Below, piece after piece: positions 57,212-64,000 of a stretch of DNA of 64,000 nt (position 1 is the first letter of the stretch; the number at the start of each line of letters is the position of its first letter). The translations under genes were made by a program, and so were the position numbers. Under the pieces are notes generated by a model that had not been told where the DNA came from, made no database searches, and was given only the letters and a program-made list of their open reading frames with translations. Location: contig JAFGOT010000014.1 in NCBI GenBank assembly GCA_016926395.1, positions 32,058 through 96,057 of the forward strand. The letters run 5' to 3'. The DNA is from Candidatus Woesearchaeota archaeon. Lineage in GTDB: Archaea > Nanobdellota > Nanobdellia > Woesearchaeales > SKGA01.

Positions 57212-58480
57212 CTAATTTTGTCTTTTTAAGAAATACAATGTTGCAATAAATAGTCCTAAAGGAATTAGAAAAAACATGTTTGCAACACTTGAATTAAACA
57301 AAACTGCTTCTTTAAGAGATATCATCTCAACTTGAACTGGTAAGATGTTTGAAATTATCTGCAAACCTTTTGGCAGAAGTTTGACAGGGAAAAACATTCC
57401 TGATAAAAACATTGCTGGAAGAGTAATTACTAAAGAAATGAGTAATGCAACTCCTTCATTGTCGCTAAGAAGACCAATTAAGAAACCAATTAGTGAATTG
57501 ATTAAACTAATTAAAAGAACTGCTTTTATCATTGGAATAAAATTAATTGTGATGTTTGCTTTGAATATCAAGAAAAGTATAAAAATTATTACGAACTGTG
57601 CTAAACTAATAAGAAAGAAAAAAACTATTTTTGAAATAACATAAACCCAAGGAGAACTATTGCTTGCTCGAAGACGAGAAAACATTTTCATTTTTTTATC
57701 TGAAATCACTCCGGTCGATGATAACATTAAAACAAGGAACAAGTTAAGAATAACAAATAAAGGTGCTAAGCCTAACGCTAGAGAACTGTGAGATTCAAAA
57801 ACGCCAACCTTTGCAACATTTATTGGAGTTGCAACGAACTGAGGATCTAAATTTGCAAGAGTGTCTATTTGATTTTGAACTTCAAGAGCTTTGTTTCTAA
57901 TTGACTTTGGAATTAAAAGAGAATCGGTTGTTTCAACAATTATTTCTGTGCCTTCACTTACTTGCTGGCTTTGAGTTTTAATCTCTGTTGCAAATACTTT
58001 AACGATTTCTTGTTGGAATGGACTTAATGCACTATCAATACGCCAAGAAACCATTGAAGAAGTTCCTGCATCTGTATTATCATAAAGAACTTCAAGACGA
58101 GACTGTTGCAAATCCTCAAGACGTGATGAAAAACCCTCTGGAATAATTATACCAAATAGAAATTTTCCACTACGAACATTTTCTCTAAGAATGTCTGAAC
58201 AGTTATTATCTGTTATTATTTGAACATCAAAATCACTCATAGAATTCAGTGCATTATGTGTGGTTTGAGTATTATCAAAATCACAAACGCCTAAACTAAT
58301 ACCTCTCATTGAAGTGCTAAGAGTAAAGATGTATATGATGCCAAGAATTAAAGGCAGTGCAATAGAAAGATAAAGATATTTTTTTCTAGTAATAAGAACT
58401 TTCCACTCCTTAACAAACATACCCCAAAAACTAATTGGTATTTGACTAATTTTTTTTATTGCTCTGCCTGGAATGCTCAT
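57212..58480 (-). CDS. ABC-2 type transporter permease
   Basis: Six-TM ABC-2 layout with extracellular loop; LSGMFFPV. Confidence 0.9.
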   Translation of the reverse strand: MSIPGRAIKKISQIPISFWGMFVKEWKVLITRKKYLYLSIALPLILGIIYIFTLSTSMRGISLGVCDFDNTQTTHNALNSMSDFDVQIITDNNCSDILRENVRSGKFLFGIIIPEGFSSRLEDLQQSRLEVLYDNTDAGTSSMVSWRIDSALSPFQQEIVKVFATEIKTQSQQVSEGTEIIVETTDSLLIPKSIRNKALEVQNQIDTLANLDPQFVATPINVAKVGVFESHSSLALGLAPLFVILNLFLVLMLSSTGVISDKKMKMFSRLRASNSSPWVYVISKIVFFFLISLAQFVIIFILFLIFKANITINFIPMIKAVLLISLINSLIGFLIGLLSDNEGVALLISLVITLPAMFLSGMFFPVKLLPKGLQIISNILPVQVEMISLKEAVLFNSSVANMFFLIPLGLFIATLYFLKRQN

Positions 58481-59433
58481 ATTGTATCTACCTTTAAAAA
58501 TAGTTCATCAAGACTAGGTTCTCTAAAACCAACTTCATAACAATCAACATTAAGTTTTTGAATAAATTTTATTAGATATGCTTTTTGACCAGGATTAATA
58601 ACTGAAAGCATCATGTGGCGACCAAACAAATCAAGAATTGTAATTTCATGTTCTTTACAATAATTTTCTATGTGTTGTTGATTGGTCTTACTAAGATATG
58701 GAAACTCAAGTTCAAGAATAAAATGTGTTTTTAGTTTTTTCTTAATATCTTCAAACTTACCTTGAGTGTAAACTTTACCTTTGTGTAACAGAACAATTCG
58801 GTCACAATGAAGTTGAGCTTCTGAAAGCATATGAGTTGTAAGCATGATTGTTTTATGTCTTCGTTTTTCTTGCTCTAAAAAATGCCAAAGAAGTTTTCTA
58901 TTTTTAAAATCGAGACCAACAAAAGGTTCATCAAGAATGTAAAGTTTCGGTTTATGAAGAAGAGAAACAACAATATTAAGACGAACTTTTTGACCGCCTG
59001 ATAATTCGCTTGGGAAACGATTCAATGAGATTTTATCGAGTTGCAAAATATTAAGGAGTTCTTGAGCTGAAGATAATGATTTAGTCTTAGAAAGGCCATT
59101 TAATGAACCAAAAAAAATAATGTTGTCTTTGATTGAAATATCTTGGATAAGGGAAATTTCTTGGGGAACAAAACCGATATCTTCCTTTGAAAAATTTCTA
59201 CTAAAACCGCTAATACATATTCTGCCTCCAAACTTTTTAGTTAGTGTTCCTGCAACGAGATGTAAAAATGTTGATTTACCTTCTCCACTTCGACCAACAA
59301 TTGCTACAATTTGACTATTTGTGATTTGAAAATTGAAATTAGATAAGACTTCTTTAGCACCGTAGCTAAAATCAATATTTTTGGCCTGTAGAGGCTTTCT
59401 TCTCTTGGTTTTAAACTTAAGCCACTTCATCAC
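58477..59433 (-). CDS. ABC transporter ATP-binding protein
   Basis: GRSGEGKS, LSGGQ, LDEP, TTH. Confidence 0.95.
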   Translation of the reverse strand: MMKWLKFKTKRRKPLQAKNIDFSYGAKEVLSNFNFQITNSQIVAIVGRSGEGKSTFLHLVAGTLTKKFGGRICISGFSRNFSKEDIGFVPQEISLIQDISIKDNIIFFGSLNGLSKTKSLSSAQELLNILQLDKISLNRFPSELSGGQKVRLNIVVSLLHKPKLYILDEPFVGLDFKNRKLLWHFLEQEKRRHKTIMLTTHMLSEAQLHCDRIVLLHKGKVYTQGKFEDIKKKLKTHFILELEFPYLSKTNQQHIENYCKEHEITILDLFGRHMMLSVINPGQKAYLIKFIQKLNVDCYEVGFREPSLDELFLKVDTI

Positions 59434-59537
59434 TATAATTTACTAACTCCTTATTTATAAGGTTAATCTTAGATTAATTTTAGCTGAAAACTTCTTTTAA
59501 ACAAACCTTTTTAAATACCAATGACTGATAAGACTTT

Positions 59538-59876
59538 ATGGATTTAACAATTATAATAATAATTGCAATAATACTTGCAGTATTAATTGTAAGTTTCATT
59601 TGGAAGCTTCTAAAAACTGTTTTAAAAGTAGCTATAGTTGCGGTAATCGCATTTGCTATATTTATGTTAATAACTTCTGTGATTAAACCTGACACTGATG
59701 TGGCTGGTCCTATAAACGATACTGCCGTAAATGTTACGAACGTGACTAACGAGATAACTGCGCAGGTAACTGGTTTTGTATCTACTACTTTCGAAAAAGC
59801 AAAAGCTAACACGAAAAAGGCAATAGCTGAAAATATGTTGGAAGAAGCGGAAAGTGATTTGAAAGCTTTAGAATAA
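59538..59876 (+). CDS. Small membrane protein
   Basis: Two N-terminal TM helices. Confidence 0.7.
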   Translation: MDLTIIIIIAIILAVLIVSFIWKLLKTVLKVAIVAVIAFAIFMLITSVIKPDTDVAGPINDTAVNVTNVTNEITAQVTGFVSTTFEKAKANTKKAIAENMLEEAESDLKALE

Positions 59877-59892
59877 AAAGAGGATAAATAAA

Positions 59893-60351
59893 ATGGGTTT
59901 TTTAGGTAATTTACTAGGGAAGAGAAAGCACGAATATGATGCTTTGGAAGATGAACCTATAACTGGTTACGACCCTGCTGCTTCTGAATCTAAAGTTAAC
60001 AACTATTTAGGTAAATCTTATGATGATTCTTTTAGTGATTCTCGAGATCCTTTAGCAGGCCATACATTTGAGGATTCAGGTTTACCGCCTGAACCAGAAA
60101 ATAATTATTCCCCCTCTGTTGCTAGAACTCCAAGTGGAGTTAGTGCACAAGAAATGGCTGACAAATACTTAAAACAACAAGAGTATGCGGCAAAGCAACA
60201 GCAACAACCTCAACAGAGTGAACAAATGAGTCATAAAGAAGAAATAATTAATCTAAAACTAGATTCAATGAAAAATCAATTGGATGCTTTAAGCCAACGA
60301 ATGCAAAGAATAGAACAACTCTTAACCCAGAATCAAAACAAACGATGGTAG
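59893..60351 (+). CDS. Hypothetical protein with C-terminal coiled coil
   Basis: GAGGA SD; disordered N-terminus; coupled to lspA. Confidence 0.7.
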   Translation: MGFLGNLLGKRKHEYDALEDEPITGYDPAASESKVNNYLGKSYDDSFSDSRDPLAGHTFEDSGLPPEPENNYSPSVARTPSGVSAQEMADKYLKQQEYAAKQQQQPQQSEQMSHKEEIINLKLDSMKNQLDALSQRMQRIEQLLTQNQNKRW

Positions 60352-60803
60352 AAAATAATAAGCTGATTTTTACTTTAGGTCTAATAATACTTTTTCTTGA
60401 TCAATTCACAAAACAATTAGTTAAATCATTTTCGGTAAATACTTCTGGTCATTTTGTCGATATAACTTTTACAACAAACACTGGCAGTTTATTTAGTTTA
60501 TTTGCAGGAGCTTCACTGGTAAATATTATTTTTATAGTTTTGAGTTTATTTGCAATTGGAATCTTAATTTACTTATTTAACGAAGAAAAAATATTTCTTA
60601 GAAAAATTTCTTATATAATTATTGTTTCAGGAATATTGGGTAATTTTATTGATAGAATTATTTATGGGAAAGTAATTGATTTTATTAATTTCCATTTCTG
60701 GCCAATATTTAACTTAGCAGATTCTGCTCTTTTTATTGGTGTTATAATTTCACTTATTACTTTAATTAAAGAAAAAGAACCATCTAATAATTCTAAGAGA
60801 TAG
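60345..60803 (+). CDS. lspA: Signal peptidase II (lipoprotein signal peptidase)
   Basis: LDQFTK, NTGSLFS, GNFIDR, VIDFI, FNLAD. Confidence 0.92.
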   Translation: MVENNKLIFTLGLIILFLDQFTKQLVKSFSVNTSGHFVDITFTTNTGSLFSLFAGASLVNIIFIVLSLFAIGILIYLFNEEKIFLRKISYIIIVSGILGNFIDRIIYGKVIDFINFHFWPIFNLADSALFIGVIISLITLIKEKEPSNNSKR

Positions 60804-60819
60804 ACTAATTATATTTTAT

Positions 60820-61176
60820 TTAGAATTCGTCTTGATTTTCTAAGTCTTTTAGATAACCTTTTGTTCGAAGCCATTTAGCTTGGATAGGTCTGTATTTGAA
60901 GATGATGTCTCCTTTTTCCTCTCCACCAAATTCCCAAGGCTCAACAAGAACGATGTCGTTTTCACGAACCCAAAGGCTTCGTTTCAATCGACCAGGAATA
61001 CGACAAACACGCTCATTACCATCCAGACATTGAACACGACATCGAGAACTGCCTAATCTTGCAACAAGTAATCCAAGAATTTCGTTTCCTCTTGGAAGTC
61101 GAACTCTTCGAATTTCATCTGCTTCAATTTGTTCTTGTGTTCTATTATCTGTTCCTGGTTTAATGTATGCCATCAA
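60820..61176 (-). CDS. eif1a: Translation initiation factor aIF-1A
   Basis: RVRLPR, RLG..R..V.CLDG.ER.CRIPGR, W..ENDIVLV.PW. Confidence 0.96.
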   Translation of the reverse strand: MMAYIKPGTDNRTQEQIEADEIRRVRLPRGNEILGLLVARLGSSRCRVQCLDGNERVCRIPGRLKRSLWVRENDIVLVEPWEFGGEEKGDIIFKYRPIQAKWLRTKGYLKDLENQDEF

Positions 61177-61253
61177 TTCTATGAAACAAAGGTCTATTTA
61201 TATACTTATCGTAGAATTGCCGTTTGAAGGGTTGAAAAGAGAGTTTGATTAAA

Positions 61254-61499
61254 TTAAACTCTTTTTCTAGAGTATTGGTGAAATACTATTTTATATTTTT
61301 CTTCAATTGGACTTAAGATGTCTTTGGCAAAAAGACGTTTATCTTCGTTGTCATCAAAAACAGTTTGTATGTTAAAACCATTATATTCATCAACATTTTT
61401 TTCTACAACAACGAGGTTTGGATGATAGTTAGTTCCAAATTTGTTATCTGAAAGTTTACTAAGTCTTCTAATTATGGTTGTTAATTCGTGAGTTTCCAT
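61254..61499 (-). CDS. Small hypothetical protein
   Basis: 81-codon ORF between spt5 and aIF-1A. Confidence 0.55.
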   Translation of the reverse strand: METHELTTIIRRLSKLSDNKFGTNYHPNLVVVEKNVDEYNGFNIQTVFDDNEDKRLFAKDILSPIEEKYKIVFHQYSRKRV

Positions 61500-61572
61500 A
61501 AAAGAACTAATTGATGACTGGATTAAAAACTTTATTATTTTGATAAAAAAGAATTAAAAAATAAAATAAGAC

Positions 61573-62052
61573 TTATTCTTCGTCCTCTTCATCTTCTCGA
61601 CGGATAACTTTAACTGCATCCATTGAAAGAGTGATAGGAATAGGAACTGCTGCTTCAAGAAGTTCGACAACAACTTCTTCTTTTTGTCTATCAATTCTAG
61701 TGACTTTTGCTTTTTCACGTTTGAAAGCACCGCTGATAATTTCAACAATGTCATTTTTCTTGATATTCATGTCTTTAGCAACTTGTTCAAGCATGTGTTC
61801 AATTTCTTTAAACTCAACAATATTTGGAAGTAATCCTCGTGCATAAGGAATGCCAAAAGCTGCTTGTTCTGCGTCACTACGAGAAGCTGCTTCAACGAAA
61901 ATGTAACCTCTCATACCGTGTGGTCTGAAAACTGCATAGACTGGTAATTTTTTTCTCTTAGCGTTGCTAGAGAGAAAACTAAGAACTTGATCTTCTCTGT
62001 TAGCTGTAGTTCTAAGTGCGAAAATTTCTGATGTTTTTTGTTGTTCTTCCAT
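61573..62052 (-). CDS. spt5: Transcription elongation factor Spt5/NusG
   Basis: GYIFVEA NGN domain; KOW (DIVEIISGAFK..AKV). Confidence 0.97.
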   Translation of the reverse strand: MEEQQKTSEIFALRTTANREDQVLSFLSSNAKRKKLPVYAVFRPHGMRGYIFVEAASRSDAEQAAFGIPYARGLLPNIVEFKEIEHMLEQVAKDMNIKKNDIVEIISGAFKREKAKVTRIDRQKEEVVVELLEAAVPIPITLSMDAVKVIRREDEEDEE

Positions 62053-62062
62053 TATCAGTCAC

Positions 62063-62233
62063 CTAAATTAATTTTTCAATAACATGAACTATGAATCCAA
62101 TAAATCCGATTAGTAAGATACCAAGACCTGAAACTTTAACGATTGCTTTAAACTCGTCTTTAGTAGGTTTTTTGGTAATTCGAAAAACACGGACGCATTC
62201 TTTGTAAAAAGATTTAACTTTAGTAATGTTCAT
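62063..62233 (-). CDS. secE: Protein translocase SecE/Sec61-gamma, missing from the ORF track
   Basis: Read by hand: MNITKVKSFYKECVRVFRITKKPTKDEF..GLGILLIGFIGF; conserved ftsZ-secE-spt5 order. Confidence 0.95.
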   Translation of the reverse strand: MNITKVKSFYKECVRVFRITKKPTKDEFKAIVKVSGLGILLIGFIGFIVHVIEKLI

Positions 62234-62307
62234 TATAATTCACCGTTAGAATATGACATGCGCTTTTAAATGTTTCTGCAAAATAAGTCAAATTCATTTA
62301 AAAAGGT

Positions 62308-63426
62308 CTAGTCAACGAACTCTATGCCAAGATCGTTTTCAATTTCTTTCTTTCCTTCGAATTTGCCTGATTTACGACCTGTAATCTGAGTGCTGTGAAC
62401 TCCTGTAACGATTAACATTACTCGAATTGTTCCTTCAAGGTCTTCACTAATTTGAGCTCCCCAAATAATACGTGCATCGTCTGCTAATCGTTCGCTAATT
62501 GCTTCAACAACTGTTTTTGCTTCTTCTAGTTTTAAATCGTTTCCACCAGCAACGTTAATTAAAGCACCATTTGCGCCTGAGATGTCTACATCTAAAAGAG
62601 GGTTGTTAACTGCTTTTTCAACAGATTCTGAAGCTCTATTATCTGTATCTGACTCTCCAACACCAATTAATGCAACGCCACCATTGCCCATTACTGCCCT
62701 AATGTCTGCAAAGTCAAGATTTACAAGACCTGCTTTAGTAACCAATTCTGCAATACCTTTTACAGCATTAGTAAGAATTTCATCAGCTACTTTGAAAGCT
62801 GTATGGAGTGGAAGATCGCTTGCAATTTGTAATAATTTATCGTTTGGAATAACTATTAATGTATCAACGTTCTTTTCTAAAATTTCAAGACCTAAAAGTG
62901 CATTTTCTGTTCTACGTCCACCTTCCATATGGAATGGTAATGTGACAATTGCGACAGTAAGTGCGCCTGATTTTTTAGCAATTTCTGCAATAACAGGGGC
63001 TGAACCAGTACCTGTTCCTCCTCCTAAACCGCATGTGATAAACACCATGTCGCTTCCTTGAATTGTATTTCTAAGATCTGATTCGGATTCTTTAGCGGAT
63101 TCTTCACCAACTTTAGGTTGTCCGCCTGCACCAAGCCCTTTTGCTAAATCTCGTCCAATAAGAACTTTTTTATCTGCAGAAGTGTATAATAAATCTTGAG
63201 CATCGGTGTTAACTGCGATGGTTTCAGTACCAATTATACCTACTTCAGAAATACGGTTGATTGTATTACATCCACCGCCTCCTGCGCCAATAACTTTAAT
63301 TTTTGCTTTTTGATTAGAAAGTAACTCTTCCAGTTCGGCATCGATAACGTTATCTGGCCGATTTCTTCTTGGTTGTTCTTCACGCATTGAAGCGTTCTGC
63401 ATAGCATCTTGAATAAATGAATCCAC
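62308..63426 (-). CDS. ftsZ: Cell division protein FtsZ
   Basis: [28 protein letters not shown]. Confidence 0.98.
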   Translation of the reverse strand: MDSFIQDAMQNASMREEQPRRNRPDNVIDAELEELLSNQKAKIKVIGAGGGGCNTINRISEVGIIGTETIAVNTDAQDLLYTSADKKVLIGRDLAKGLGAGGQPKVGEESAKESESDLRNTIQGSDMVFITCGLGGGTGTGSAPVIAEIAKKSGALTVAIVTLPFHMEGGRRTENALLGLEILEKNVDTLIVIPNDKLLQIASDLPLHTAFKVADEILTNAVKGIAELVTKAGLVNLDFADIRAVMGNGGVALIGVGESDTDNRASESVEKAVNNPLLDVDISGANGALINVAGGNDLKLEEAKTVVEAISERLADDARIIWGAQISEDLEGTIRVMLIVTGVHSTQITGRKSGKFEGKKEIENDLGIEFVD

Positions 63427-63526
63427 TTTAAAACCCCGCGTTAGTATATTCTAACCCCTTTTCTATAACAAATTAAATGAGTTGATTGATTTATAAATTT
63501 TTGGAATGGAGTTTGTTTAAAAAGGA

Positions 63527-64000
63527 CTACTTTTCGTGTTTTTCGTATTTCATATAATAGCCTAATTCTTTGGCATTTGAAACATAAGTATCAAGAGATT
63601 TTTTTTCATCAAAATTTTTATTGTATTTTATTGTATTAAGACTAATGTTGTTGTGATAGTACTGTTGTTTTTTTGGATCTTCATATTTTTTTTGGTTTGT
63701 TATTATTTGGTTTTTCTTCAACAACTGATTCTTTTGCAGATTTCCCAAATATGGATTTTATTATTGAAAAATATTTTCTTGTATGGGTGTTATCTGAGAA
63801 TTCATTACTGTTTTTTGCGTATGTTAATATTTGATTATCTTCTTTGGTTAATGCTTCTAGTCCATAAGTCCACTTTATTTTATTTGCATCCACTACTTGG
63901 GATATTATTTTACAACCGTGAAACCATTTGTCCATATATTTTTTTGTTGTTTCGATAGTGTTGTAGTCTGCGACGGATGGCGGTGCAGTTTCTAGTGGGT
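63527..64000 (-). pseudogene. 5'-truncated hypothetical gene, probably frameshifted at an A8 run (63686-63693)
   Basis: The frame of 63681..63935 is open to the window end. Removing one A joins KPKK to YEDPKKQ of ORF 63527..63748. Confidence 0.5.

Noticed and set aside
219-63958. Numerous short antisense or overlapping track ORFs (e.g. 737..1045, 4819..5100, 14540..14833, 23570..23896, 32364..32693, 34662..34970, 59480..59812, 62582..63061)
   Set aside because: Shadow frames of well-supported genes on the opposite strand or in another frame.
1-64000. Genome-wide TGA recoding (alternative genetic code)
   Set aside because: The APC paralogs end at the same aligned position with TAA and TGA respectively, other genes end on TGA at expected lengths, and Trp is TGG. 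Only one internal TGA was found.
1-64000. CRISPR array, rRNA, integrase or transposase genes
   Set aside because: No regularly spaced 25-40 bp repeats, no rRNA-like sequence and no recognisable recombinase ORF.

Overview
Low-GC archaeal chromosome segment. Gene content suggests a DPANN archaeon, most likely Woesearchaeota (inference): psmB-aCPSF1, ftsZ-secE-spt5, aIF-1A, aIF5B, rps8e, RNase HII, class III signal-peptide pilins, plus bacterial-like LspA and a PolB. The window holds housekeeping genes, tRNA-iMet, tRNA-Ser(GCT) and a large type IV pilus locus with two paralogous ATPase/platform modules and a vWA adhesin-like pilin. It also holds two paralogous APC transporters fused to a methyltransferase-like domain and an accessory island at about 2.8-9.6 kb. 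The two strongest novelty candidates are: (1) a fixed-length (141/142 bp), structurally conserved palindromic mini-element at the 3' end of both tRNA genes, ending in a displaced copy of each tRNA's T-arm/acceptor 3' half; (2) an operon of ParB-REase fusion, cobalamin-type radical SAM, small acidic protein and DpnI-like nuclease that looks like an undescribed DNA modification/restriction system. Three genes are broken by single-base homopolymer indels and one by an in-frame TGA; these could be biological or sequencing artefacts. No CRISPR array, rRNA, integrase or transposase was seen. All family assignments are from motif recognition, not database searches.
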